Assembly: GCF_009914755.1 (NCBI RefSeq)
Contig: NC_060926.1
Reading direction: 5' to 3' (one strand)
Length of the DNA: 64,000 bases
From: the human T2T-CHM13v2.0 reference genome, Homo sapiens
In this document: positions 28,213 through 43,039 of the stretch, piece by piece
Layout: the number at the start of each line of letters is the position of its first letter
How positions within the stretch are numbered: position 1 is the first letter of the stretch
Made by a program: the position numbers and the translations under genes
The notes under the pieces: generated by a model
What the model saw: only the letters and a program-made list of their open reading frames with translations
Database searches by the model: none
Told to the model about the DNA's origin: nothing

Positions 28213-30909
28213 GTCCAGTGCAATTCCCAAATTTGACTGCTGCAGTTTACTGAAATTGCATACATACAACAGCTTTAGGTGCCTGGATTCACAGTGAGCT
28301 AGTGAAATAGCTGGTGATTTCATAGTGAGCCAGTGAAATAGCCATCCTTCCCAAGCACCCACAGTGTACAGTTATGGTATAGAGGGGCCTTGATGGGCAT
28401 GGCCTTTGAAAGACATGAAAGCTATAGATTAGCCTATATTGTTGTCTGGTATGTAGTAGGTAATAACTGACAAACAGACAATTGCCTAACATGTGCCAGA
28501 AAACAACATAGGCAAGGCTTGCAGTTACAAAATAATGCATAGACAAATGTACATTTAATCAAATTTGGCTGGCTTGAGGGAATGGTTGATATACACAGCA
28601 CAGACTGATCAATTTGGTAGTGTTAAGCAGAAAATCGCTCTTATAGGACAAGAATCTTGTAAAATTTTGAACCTTAGAAATATGCACTAATGACAGTGTG
28701 GTGTAGGAATAGATAGTGATGGGGAGGGCGTCGAGACAGGTACAAATAAGTAGTGTGTGTTGATTGACGGGCATGTCCTTTTGGCAAAGAGAGACTCCAC
28801 CAAGAAAGTGATTGGGAAATGAGCTAAGAAAAGTGTGAGAGAAGAAGACACTTCAGTTCTGACATTCAAGAAACAGCCCCACTCTGATTTGGATAGGGGC
28901 AAAGCCTAACTATAGATCATTTTTCAGCCAACTACAGAATCTTTTTAGCTTTCCTTGCTTCTTTTTCATTTGCTTTCTCTTTCGAATTTGAGGAGTAGAT
29001 TGCAGTTTAACCACATGCTATGAGCTCAGGCCTCTTGGGTGGCCTCCCTGGGTCTTAGACCAAACCAGTCATTAGGCTTTTAGAGAATAATTTTAAAATG
29101 CCATCCCTTAATATTGTCAGGGTTGTTTGAACTATGAGAAGAAGATAATGAGCATGAAGCAGGACCTTTAGAGGACTAGGTTGTCTGGAGTTTGTAGTTA
29201 GTTGAAAGGCTACAGGGTCCATTTATTCCTGTAATTTTATTTGCCTTCCTGCTCTGATGTATCATTATTTGTCATCCATGGATATGGAATTCATTCTATC
29301 ATTCAATAAAATGAATGCTGACTCTGTGCTGGCTGCTTTTCGAGGCCTTGTGAATATTCTCTGTTTGGCGATTATTGTAATGGCCTTTTGCCATCATGAC
29401 CTGGCCTTTTGCCATCATGACAGCATCTGACATGTACTGACATGTACTGAATACTTAGAATGTACCAAGATCGCTTCCTTAGTCATCTTATTTAATCCTT
29501 CCAACACTCTCATTGGGTAGATGATTTTACCCTAATTTTCAAAAGGTTAAGCAGTTTACCCACGATAGGTAGTGAGAGTCAGGATCTGTGTGTGACTGGC
29601 CCTAATGCCTATGCTTCCTAAGTAATTTCCTAAGTAATCAAAGCTGCTTTTAAGATTAACTTTCTCCAAAGATGCAGGTATTGCTCATTCCTTTTTTATA
29701 GCTGAGTCACAGACATAATGAATACTGCCAGTGAGCTGCAGTGAAACTGTATCTTTAAAAGAAAAATGTTTTTTAGGTTTCTCAATTCCCATGTTTTTGC
29801 TGTTTGCGTGATACCCCTCTGTGGAAATTAACAAACCTTTTGCTGTTGGTTTTTCAGTAATATCTATCTACATAGAAAAACTTCACAGTGGAATCTGTTT
29901 GTGTAATATGTGTGAGAGAGAGAAAGACAGACATAATGCTGTCATGATTAGTAAGCCATGACCAAACTGTATGTGCACATACACACAGCTTCTGTGGGTC
30001 TCACTGAGACTAAATTTGGCCACACATTCCCTAATTTATTTTTACACAATTTCCCTGTTTCACTGTAGACCTTTTCCCTAACATCAGTTTATCCCAACGA
30101 CTCTGTCAAAACAGATAATAGTGGGGCACCAATTACTTGGAGTTTGATAACACTATTTGAATTAAAATCTATTCACATACTTCAAGGCATCCTTTCACTG
30201 AAATTGAGAGGTACTCATTGGCAACTTGATATGGAGAATTTGGGGCAAATTCCTTTTTTAACTCTAGACATCAACAAACAAAAATGGCTGCAAGAAATTG
30301 TGGGGTTTTTTGTTTGTTTTTTGTTTTATGACACAAAGTAGTTAAGAGCAAGGCTTGGATTAGTTTCCTGTGAAATGGTTGGAGGAAGTAGAAAATATGT
30401 AAGTGAATATTATCTCTGGATTTATGGCTGCACTCATTGTCAATTTTTGAGCTCTCATTGAAAGAGATGGCAGAAAGAGTTAGCAGGATTTCATCTCCTG
30501 TCTTAAGGATTTAACAAAAAGAAATGCCAACTCCATATTTGCTGAGCTATAACAGGTGGTTGATTCTTCCAGTTGAAGTGGTACTGAGCATGCAAATGGT
30601 TTGTGTTCCTTGACCCATGTCAGGAAACACACAACTCACTGATTCTCTGGGGCCCAGCCATTGATAGAAGTGGAGATTCATGCTTACAGGCTGCTGAATG
30701 AACAGCACCTGCCTGGGCCCAGATAGAATGAGTTTAAGACCAGATTCTTGGTCACCCTCCTTCCTTCACTCATTCATCTAACAGTATTCATCAAGCACAT
30801 ATCATATGCTGGGCAATAGGTGCAGGAGACAGTGATGGACAAGGCATGGTGTCATTCCCCAAGGAGCTCATGTTCTACGTTCTTCTGCTATCCCTGTCTC
30901 TTCCCTGAA

Positions 30910-31130
30910 AAGTATGGTCTAATGATTAAATGCTCAGGCTACGAAGTCAGACAGATCTGAACTAAAGCCTTCTGCTTACCAGATGTGTGATGTTGGCCAA
31001 GCCAATTCTGCCTCAGTAAGACTCCCTTTCTTCATGTACAACATAGGTGGAAGGCAGGTCATATAGGGAAAGGTCTTTTCACCATGCCTGTGGTGTGGCA
31101 GATGCTCCATAGATGTTACCTAGCACCACT
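30910..31130 (+). mobile_element. MIR fragment (preceded by a reverse L2 3' end at ~30760-30880)
   Basis: gaagtcagacagatctg...cttaccagatgtgtgatgttggccaag. Confidence 0.6.
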
Positions 31131-31266
31131 GAAGTTTTCTAATTGTTATGATTACATTCTGACCCTAGGGTTTGAGGAAAAAAGAAAAGTGTTTGAAATA
31201 AATGGGAAGAATGTGGATCATGGATATGCCAGAAGGAAGAACCAGAAGCTCATAAAGACAGAGTAG

Positions 31267-31693
<427 letters not shown>

Positions 31694-32380
31694 TAAGATA
31701 CCTTTAAAAAAAAAAAAAAGGAAAAAGGAAGCTTACCATGTGTAGTGCTGTCTTTTAGATAGTCGAAGATGACACTTTGATTTACAATTAAAGAAAATCA
31801 GTACTAAAACAACGTTTCTTTCCTTTGCCCATTATAAAACACCCTTTGAAAGCATTTGTATAAAATATGCCTCATTTTTTTTTTGGTGGAAGCCATGTTA
31901 TTTTCAGTGGAAATGAAGATAATTGCAAATTAGATTTTGCCCAAGTATATATAAGAGGTGTGCATTTTATTGTTTTTCCTCCTTATGTACCTTGAGGGAA
32001 GTTTCAGAAGGCTGTCCGATCTTCAAATATAGCAAAGACTGTGTTTATTGGAAATATTTTAACTGTGGAGTTACCCAACACTAGACACATAGATAAAATG
32101 ATTGTTTGGGGTCCATTTTTTCATTTTATTGTCCATAAGTTTCACACGTTGTCATTGGCTTTATGGTTCTGAAATTCAGGCTTGAATTCTGTCTGTACCC
32201 CTGATAAGCACATGTCCCTGAGGAAATCCCTTAATTTTTTAAGCAAATTTCCTGTCATGAAAAGTGAGAAGAATGTTACATATTTCAGAGGGCCATTGTG
32301 AGATTTAAATAATATAAAGTGTTAAATTTCTTGGCACATTCCTTGATATATACTAGGGGTCCTTAATAAATGTTTATTGA

Positions 32381-32718
<338 letters not shown>

Positions 32719-33429
32719 AGTTTATTGAAATGGAATCATTATGTCTGGTTTCTTCATTCTCAGATGCATATTACACTTTGAGATTTGCCCCTCTGTGGAT
32801 TTCATGAAATTGTGTTACAAATGACCAGGGCTGACCTGAGGAGATCATATCCTGTGGTAGTTACTGAACAGGGTAGCATACCAAGTGGTATGACATGATT
32901 ATTTTGATGATGTGTTGGTTACACCAATTCAGGAGCCAGAGATGGAGTTGAAAATAAGCGCAGAGCAGTGCTGCTCCTTGCCAAGGGCCTTTGTGTAATG
33001 AAGGTTTTCTTGGCCTCTGCCTCAATGTCAAGTGATGATTGTGTTAAGTGCTTTTTCTTCTCTGTTTCCTTTGGCCAGAGGTAGTTGCTAAGTGTCAGCT
33101 CCTGGCTGTGAAAAACCGTCTTTGCCTTTCTGGAAGGAGTAGTTTGAGAAAAAAAATGCTTCAGTGAAGGCATGTGGTATACAGGCAAAGTTGGTGTGAT
33201 TAATATGTAATACAATTAACATATTAATATATAATATGATTAATATATAATATAGTAAGTTTTTAAAGAAGTTGAGGGCTTTTCATTTTAATGTATGATT
33301 TTCTTAAATTGCATTTTAACAAGTAGAACATCATAATGATATAGTAGTATAACATTATTATTCTTGCCAAAATTTATTGCGCTCCTGCTCTGGGCAAGTA
33401 CTGCTCTAGGTGCTTTATTATTTCATTAT

Positions 33430-33712
33430 ATTTTACAGACAGTGTTTCACTCTTGTTGTCCAGGCTGGAATGCAGTGGCGCAGTTATAGCTCACTGCAGC
33501 CTCGACCTTCTGGGCTCAGTGATCCTCCGGCCTCAGCTCAGACTGAAGATGTATGCCACCATACCTGGCTAATTTTTTTTTTTTTTTTTGGTAGAGATGG
33601 GATCTCTCTCTATGTTGCCCATGCTAGTATCGACCTCCTGGCCTTAAGTATTCCTCCTGTCTCAGCCTTCCAAAATGTTGGGATTACAGGCAAGAGCCAC
33701 TGCACCTGGCCT
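33430..33712 (-). mobile_element. AluJ (diverged)
   Basis: agctcactgcagcctcgacc...ttgggattacaggcaagagccactgcacctggcc. Confidence 0.88.
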
Positions 33713-34770
33713 TTTGTATTTTTAATTGTGGCAAAATAGACATAGCATAAAACTTACCGTCTTACCCATTTTTAAGTGTACAATTCAGTGGCTTCTGCGT
33801 ACATTCACTGTGTTGTACAATGCAACCATCACCACCATCCATCTCTAGAACTCTTTTTATCTTGCAAAACTGAAATTTTATACCCATTAAACACTTAATT
33901 TCCCATTTTTTCCCTCTCCCAGATCCCTCATAACCCCCACTCTACTTTGTTTCTATGAATTTAATGACCGTAAGTACTTTATATAAGTGGAATCACACCG
34001 TTTTTGTCCTTTTGTAACTGCCTTATTTCACTTAGCATAATGTCCTCAAGGTTCACCCATGTTTTGGTGTCAGAATTTCCTTCTTATAGGCTGAATATTC
34101 CATTGTATGTATATACCACATTTTGTTTATGCATTTATTTGTTGATGGGCACTTGGGTTGCTTCCACCTCTTGGCTACTATGAATAATCCTCTTATGAAC
34201 CTGGATGTACAAATAGTTGTTCAAGACCCTGCTTTCAGTTCTTTTGTTTGTTTGTTTGTTTGAGACAGAGTCTTGTTCTATTATGAAATGGTGGGATCTC
34301 ACTCACTGCAACCTCCACCTCCCGGGTTCAAGCAATTCTTCTGCCTCAGCCTCCTGAGGAGCTGGGACTACAGGCATGTGCCACCACGCCTGGCCATTTT
34401 TTTGTATCTTTAGTAGAGACAGGGTTTTGCCATGTTGCCCAGGCTGGTCTCCAACTCCTGAGCTCAGGCAGTCTGCCTGCCTTGGCCTCCCAAAGTGCTA
34501 GGACTACAGTTGTGGGCCACCACGCACAGCCCCTGCTTAGTTCTTTTGGGTATATAGAAGTGGGATTGCTGCATCATATGGAAATTCTGTTTAACTTTTT
34601 CAAGAACCACCATATTTTTCATAGAAGCTGCACCATTTTGCATTCCCAGCAACAGTAAACAAGGGTTCCAATTTCTGTACATTCTTGCCCGTACCTTTTA
34701 CTTTGTTTTTTTCCTTCCTTCCTTCCTTCTCTCTTTCTTTTGTAATAGACATCCTAATAGGTATGAGTTT
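33713..34770 (-). mobile_element. L1MB-type 3' region, interrupted by an Alu
   Basis: tttaagtgtacaattcagtggc...cttatttcacttagcataatgtcctcaaggttc...ccattttgcattcccagcaacag. Confidence 0.85.
34242..34532 (-). mobile_element. Alu (AluJb/AluS-type)
   Basis: Reverse Alu with (TTTG)n tail; near-TSD ctgctt(tc)agttcttttg. Confidence 0.9.
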
Positions 34771-36229
34771 CGGGCTTTATTTTAAATGTACTAGTTTATT
34801 TCATCTGTTAAATTATAAGAGGTAGATAGGTCGTGCTATCTCCATTTGAAAGAAGAGGAAACAGGTATAAAGGTGTTGGCTGCTAAGAATTGGAGCTGGT
34901 ATTTGAGTCAGGTAGCATGGTTCTGGGATCTGAGCTCCTACTCCCCTTCTCTGACTGCCTCCCTCGTTATATAACAATGCAGCAAGTTCAAACAATAAAG
35001 AAATGTTTGTGAAAGCAAGTGAGCTTTTTTACCCAGTTCCAATACCATGCATGCCTTCTAATTAATCTCTGAAAATGTTGGTGTCTTTCCTTCCAAATGT
35101 TGGGTGTATTTCTAGTTTTCACATGTATTTTTTTAAATATAATTTTAAAGAGTTCATGCTTTACATTTTGTTCTAATACTACTTCTTCTACTCTGCTTAA
35201 TTTATTAAAGATGTCTTTCTAGTCCACTACATATAGATGTACCTCATTCTAACTTGTGATGGCATTTGGCAGAAATTTAACTTGCTAATTATTGCTTTAT
35301 TGGTATAACCATTAGAAAGAGGGCTTCAAGGAACATTCTTATGTGCATATTTTATAGTTCCTTTTTCAGAATAAATTCCAAGAAATGGTATTTCTGGGTA
35401 AAAAGGCAATGAACTTTTTTTATGTTTGAGCCTCGACTGAAAAGCTGACTCACACAGACCATGAGTTAATGAAGACCTAGCTAGACAAAAGTCCTTGGCT
35501 GCCTGAAATTCGTTAAACCAGTACAGTACCTGAGAGAAGACTCCAGAAGTGCTCAGTTGACTGATAAGAGAGGTTTCAGCTGGGCATAGCCTGCTTCAGG
35601 GAACCCAACATATCAGCTAGATGTTTGACCCACTGCATTTGTCCAGATTACCAAGTGTGTTCTTGCTGTGAAATTCCTTTCACCTGGGCAACTAGGAGAG
35701 GATATGGTCATAGCTAAAAGAAATAGAAGAGTGAAGCCTCTCCTTTGGTTTAAAGGCTGTGCTTTAATTTGATCTTTTGGCCATTTTAAACTTAGGTTCA
35801 GTAACAAATTTAAATTAGGCTATCATATAAACGATGTTATCAGAGAAAAATTACTACCAAATAAAAACGATATTTGAAATAAACTATCAGACTTATATAC
35901 ACGTATGTATGTATGTATTTATAAATATACATTGTGGGTAATTCTAGTGTATGTCAGGGACATGATATTCCTGTTAATGTAAGCCACTTGGAAGTGAAGT
36001 TTCAAAGTAAAATTGCTTTTTTACCACCATTATGTAAGAGTATATAAAAGTTAGAGAATTTTAGAAAATAAGTAAGACTATTTTAGTATAATTAGTGAAA
36101 GCATTTTTCAATGTATAATTTTGTTTTTTAATATAGTTGTGGGGTCATGTTACGTATACAATTTTGTCTCCTGTAAAGCACTACACTTAAATGTGTACTA
36201 TTAGTGGTGGACATTGGATTAAGCATCCT

Positions 36230-36400
36230 ATTAATACATTGATTAACTTGTGTGATCTTTACAATGCCCATCTGTGGTAGGTTCTGTTTTTGTTCTCATT
36301 TTATAGACAAGGAAACTGAGAAATAGAGAATTGGAATAACGTGCCCAAAGCCCATAGCTAGGAAGGTGAATTACCACAAACACTGAATCCAGATAATTGG
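36230..36400 (-). mobile_element. MIR within L1ME-like debris
   Basis: ctcattttatagacaaggaaactgag...aacgtgcccaaagcccatagctag. Confidence 0.7.
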
Positions 36401-37639
36401 TCATGTTCTCTACTTATAGAGAGACAGGTGGGATTTGCATCTTGCTGCCTCGTATGGCATTAACACCCCATGTTAGTGCCATCTCTTTGTATATGCTTGC
36501 TTCAATAGCTATATAATATTGCATCTATTGGATGGTCCCAAGGTTTATTTAACTATTATAATATTATCTAGGACTAGTCTTAATATGTCTTTTATTATTA
36601 TAAATGTCATAGGGCTGTAAACACCTCTGTGTATATTTTCCCCCTGTATTCTGGACTATCCTTGTAATAGAGTCCAAGTAATTTAATTACTGGATTAAAA
36701 TAACTAAACTTCTTAAAAAGATAAAGATGACTTTTAAATTATTCAAAATTCTCTACATAGTATTGTTAGTGCTATTTCTCTTTGTCTCTAGAAGATAGCC
36801 CAAATGGCTTCACCATCCACATCATGAAGTTTCATGTTGTCCCTAGACTGTTAGCTGCAGAAAATGACTGACAGAATGAGAGTTTGATAGCCAAATTGAG
36901 ATTACTGGCATTTAAACAAAATCATACTTTTAAATAACTTGGGTTAATAGTGCTATCTAGCATACAATGTGTGTCTCACCCTTGAAATACTGAGTAACTA
37001 ATGTTTACACAATCATTAGTTTTAACATTAGACTTAATCTTCAAGTCAACATTATTTATTCACTAAAACCTTCAATGAAGAAAATGTGTTGTTTTTCATA
37101 GTAGAGCTTCCTTTTTCACTGACATTTAAATTTTATTTTAACTATTGGCTCTTGCAGTGCCCTAGCAAAAGACTTTCTTTCACCTTCGGGGTGTTCCTTG
37201 GTTTAATTTGATTGTTATAAAGATGCATAAAAACAGATTCTAGAAATATTTTAAAGTACGGAATTCTTGATTTCTGAGGAGTATAATTCAAAAGGAAGAG
37301 TAACCTGGACCTTCTCAAACTTCGTTAGATTTTAGAGAAGGGGACTGTGGAGGGAGAAGTACAATCCCTTTCTAATGGAATAGAGTGAATCTCCGCATGG
37401 ACCCTCAATGCTGGGATACCAAATAGATCAGAGCGGGGAATAGCAGGATTGAGGCATTCTTTTCATAATTGGGCCTCAGGGTGCCCAACTCTTCATTTTG
37501 TTGTGTTGCCGACTTTCAACTGAGTGTCAAAGAATTGCATATAAGACAATTCTGATGGAACTTTGGATTTAGGAGGGGGGATGAGAATAAAATAAATGCC
37601 CCAAATGGGAGGAATGTGTATTATTACATGTACTTGACT

Positions 37640-38130
37640 TACCAAAAGCCATAGGGCTTCAAATGGGGTGAGTGAACAATGTTTTTAAGGATATGTGAGC
37701 TTAGTGGAGGAGGTGGTGTTTCAGAAAGACTGGAGAGAGTGGACTGAATTTTGAGTAGCAGAAAATGGTGAATGGAAAGACTCTTCCAGCTGTGGGCAGA
37801 GGCACAGCCCAGGAAAGCACTGGAGAGCCTGAGCTGCCCCACTGGCTGGAGCTCAGGACGTGGGAAAGGGAGGTGAGGCTAGAGAAGCAGATGGGGCCAA
37901 GTGGGGAGGGCTCTGGAAGCCAGCAGCAGAACCTTAACCGGGGCAGCAATGGCAGTCACTGAGGGTTTTGAGCAGGAAGGGTATTTGATAGGAGATTAAA
38001 TCAAGCAGGTTAACCAGCAGCATGCAGCATGGGGTGGAGGCAGGCTGTTGGTGTGGTGCCCTGCAGAATTAGCAGGAATGAAAGGCTGGGGGCAGTGGGG
38101 AGGAGCAATTTCAGGAACAGTGGAAGCTCA
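37640..38130 (-). mobile_element. L2 fragment
   Basis: ggaggaggtggtgtttc...gtcactgagggttttgagcagg. Confidence 0.6.
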
Positions 38131-38312
38131 CTGTGCCCAGTGACTAATTGGCATTTACCCCTGTGCAGCAGGGTGGAGGGGTGGATTTTCCTCAGCTGTT
38201 ACGCTGCTGTGAGTTGGAAGAAGGGATTGGGAGACCATCAATATTATGACAAAAAATACCCATTCCTCTAATAACAGCTTCATGAAAGTGGCCCTTTTTG
38301 GGTGTTATTATG

Positions 38313-38817
38313 TATATTAGTTCCTACTGCTGTAACAACAAATGACTACAAACTTAGTGGCTTAAAATAACACAAATATATTCTCTTACCATTCTAGGGG
38401 CCAGGAGTCCAAGTGGTTTCACTGGGATAAACTCAGGGTGTCAACCTAGCTGTGTTACTTCTGCAGAAGCTGTATTACTTTACAGGAGAGTTTGTTCCCT
38501 GGCCTCTTCTAGTTTAATCTAGAGTCCACCTGGGCTTCTTGACCCTTCCTCCACTTTGAAAGCTAGCAGCATAACATCTTCCAATCTTTTTCTCTCTATG
38601 ACACTCCTATTTCCTCTAATTCTGTTGCCTCCTTTTTTCCCTTATAAGAACTTCTGTGATTACATTGGGTTCACCCGAAACATCGGGATAATATCACATC
38701 TCAAAATTTTAAATTTAATCACACCAGCAAAGCCTCTTTGACCGTGTAAGGTAATATGCTTACAGGTTCTGGAGATTAGGATGTGGATATATTGGGGCCA
38801 TTGCTCTGCCTGCCACA
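38313..38817 (-). mobile_element. MLT1D/C-type solo LTR
   Basis: tattagttcctactgctgtaac...aaacttagtggcttaaaataacaca...cttataagaacttctgtgattacattggg...ctgcctgccaca. Confidence 0.82.
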
Positions 38818-39794
38818 TCATTTGACCACAGCTTTTTTGTCATGAGTACCTGGTGGGAATTAAAATGCCCAGTCTGCAAGTACTCTCAATTTGGAAACCG
38901 CAGTTTTCTTGATTAATCCCGTAAGTGGCAAAGTGACTTAAATAAGGGGATAAAAGAGGCATCATGTACCTGCTGTCATGATCATCACTTGCCTCTTTCC
39001 AACTTTTGAGTTTCTGTGTGTTTTGTTTTGTTTTGTTTGTTTTCTCCCTGTTGAGATAGTAGTCTTTCTGTGCACATAATAGAAGATATTAGCCCATTCT
39101 CTGTCACTTGTTATAAGCCGTTTAACTGTGAAGAATTTTTGACAGGTCAGGAGATTCTGGAAATTTCTTCCCCCTTTTTTAATAGTATAAAACTTTATAA
39201 AACGTCTTAACTTTTTCAAAGGTTCTAGTTTCCTTTTAGAACCTAATAAAATATTTTTCCTAGAATAACCTGTATTTATCTCCTAAGTTTGCATAAAGTT
39301 TCTAGTGTTTCATGGGAACCCTAAACTAAGTCTCCTTTGTCTTAGCACAGTAATGCCTGTTGCCAGGCAAACTTGAACCAGCCTTAACCATGACCATGAA
39401 TACTCTGTTACTCTGTTTTGTGTGACAACAAGCACCAGGAATGGTATTGCTACATTGGTTTTGGTTGTACTTTCAACTTTTACCAACTATGTAATGTTTT
39501 TGTTTTATTTAAAAACTTTCAAAATTATTTTAGATCCTGTATCTTTGGGCTTATGTTAATATTCATGATTATTTCATTTCATATACAGATAACATCATGA
39601 ATACTTTCCCATTAAGAGTAATTATGCTTTGTGAAAATACTATTATTATACTTATAAGAGTTATTCCTAAAGCAGAGTTTATAAAACTTCCTGAGTCCTT
39701 TATTATTAGTATCTTATGTAAATTACTTGGTGCTTCTTTGTCGAGTGACTCATTCATCAAATGAAGATACTTGTTATAATGGTTAAATTCATTC

Positions 39795-40078
<284 letters not shown>

Positions 40079-41435
40079 TCATTTAAAAAATATTTACTAC
40101 ATGCCTGCCTGCCCCAAGCATTGTCTAGTCTCTGGGATACCTCCTTTCCACCCCAGTGTAAGTCCTGCTTACCCTTCAAAGCCCAACTCAGGTCATGTTA
40201 TTACCATGAGCCCTTTCTACTATTCTTTCTCACGTGAATCTCTCCAGAGATTCTTCCCTGAGCCCCTGTGGAACTAATAATGAGCACTGCTAATTTTAGC
40301 CATTAGCCACTCTTTAGAATTATTCTCTACTTGTTTCATGTATCTTAGTGTTTGTTTTTCCCCCAGCTAGACTGCCTGTGTATTCGGGCTGTGTTCAGTG
40401 AATGTATGGTGGTTTGCTGATTGATTCAAAGTGAATCTGAAGAATACACTTCCTTTCTTTGAGATTAAGAGAATTGCCTAGTGCTGTTTCAGGGCTGTGA
40501 GGATGCAGGTGCACTGGCTTGCAGCTGACTCTTAGGTACAGGAAGGCATCATGAAGGAAAGTGACCATTGTCCTCTATTGGAGTTTAGCCCTCTGTCTTG
40601 AAGAGACAGAAGCACCCTAACACTCAAAGCAGTTCATGGTTGCTTTTAAAAAAGTTTGCAGGGCCCAATTTCTGTGGCTTTTACTGGGGGAAGCATTACA
40701 TAAGAGGACAAGGAGCACATGTATCCTATGCAGTGCTACAGAATAATCCCACTCCCAGCTCCTGACTTTCAGATGGTGAGATGTTTGGGAGAATATTTTC
40801 AGTCTGAAGAAAGTATTATTTATTGTTTAGTCTAAGCTTTTAGCCCACACTTCCCTTTCATGTGGTTTTTGCTTGAGAGTTCTTGGACCAAGGTTAGATT
40901 GAATGTTGAGACACTTTGGGGAGTGTAAAAATCAATGATTGAAAGAAAAGGTATAAATACCACAATTGCATTCATTCCTTTATCTCTTTATTCTCTTTTT
41001 TAATCCTGAATCTCCTTACATTGGATTATGTATAATACCAATTTTAATTGGCTGATTTTAGTGACAGCATTAAAATGTAAACTTAAATTTAAGGCTGATG
41101 GTACTTACGAAGAGTATCTCTCATTTAACATTTTCATTATACATTCAGATGTATTGCAGCAAATTGTAATGGTTTGAATTGATATCATCTTTACCTTGTC
41201 TTTATACAGACATCAAATAACATCTAATGTTTGACTCACATGAATATTGCCTTATAATTGGAAAAAAGTTATGTTGCTGTTTACATAGTTATTTAAGATT
41301 TGTGGAGATCAAAAAGAAGAATTGTATGTTTTTTTTCTTTTTGGCAGACCTTATTGTTCAATGTAAGTAGACTTAAGCGGACTTCATATTTTCTTCCAGA
41401 TGTAAAGGAAAGGTGCCCAAATTGGCAAGACGTTA

Positions 41436-41594
<159 letters not shown>

Positions 41595-41935
41595 TTATCA
41601 TTAAACTGCCAAAATTCAATATTTGTTTGTAAATGTTTATGCATCTGGCTAGTAGACTTGGATCCTAGTCATGAACCACAAAGAGAAGAGGTTCTGTGGT
41701 TATAAGATGAGTGGCTTTGGTTTTGGATCTTATTGAGGGTACCAAGTTTATTGCTGATCACAGGGTCATGTGGAATGGGACCTCAATAGGGTGGAGACCA
41801 GATTATGTGTGTGGGCGGGGGATTGGGGGGAGGGGTTGTTGTCTTCTTGGTGTAGTTTTTACTGGGCTTCCCAGCCTCCTTCCAGAAATTGTTCAGGGAA
41901 ATGTAGATGAATGGCTTTGGCAGAACGTAACATGA

Positions 41936-42313
<378 letters not shown>

Positions 42314-42577
42314 TCCCATCCCTTTGTTGATGCACAAAATTTGGAGTTAAGAGCAAATGCTCTTAGAGTTCATGAAACTTTTTGTTTGCTCTAATATAAA
42401 CTGAATTCAAGAATCCTTTTATTGTAGCAAAAGTGCATATACTCTACCTATTCTCTCTAAAAATACAATACTGTGTTCATGGCGTCTTTCCTGCTTCTTG
42501 AACTCCAATTGGTGAACATTGAAGTCAATATTCTGACTAATCTCTGACTCACTTTCACACTGCTATGAGTTTAGCTT

Positions 42578-43039
42578 TGTCGTGTCAGGCCCCTATTGAC
42601 TTCAGTAGGGATGGCGCCAGGTTTGAGGCTGAAGAAGAGACCTGGAGCCAGTGAACAAGACATAGGGTTTTATTGGAGGGAACTTACATACAGGGACAGT
42701 CTGGTGGCAGCAGGCTTGACAGTAGAGCATTATTTATTATATAAATTGCATGCTTGTAAAAAGTATACAATTTATATAATATTTAAAGCACCCTCTAACA
42801 ACCTCTGCCTGGCAACCTCCACTTAATCCAAAACAAAGAGGATCTTTCCCCTGCACACTCTCATTCCATGGACAGGCCAGGGGTTCAGATGTTCCACATA
42901 AATAAGTAATGAATCTGTCGGATGACCACTCCCGGATTCCTTAGCTCAGAACTCTGAAGACACATTCAGGTGTGTCTGCCTTACAGGGTCATTCTCAGGG
43001 TATGCTTAAGATATTGCCGTCAGGTGCATCTGCCATACA
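42578..43039 (-). mobile_element. ERVL-class solo LTR (LTR47-like)
   Basis: TG...CA termini with perfect 5-bp TSD AGCTT (42573-42577 / 43040-43044); minus-strand AATAAA near 42668-42673. Subfamily from memory. Confidence 0.75.

Noticed and set aside
42348-42365. Small palindrome taagagca-aa-tgctctta (and tctgatgt...acatcaga at ~56640-56663)
   Set aside because: 8-bp arms with short spacers are expected by chance a few times in 64 kb; no supporting context.
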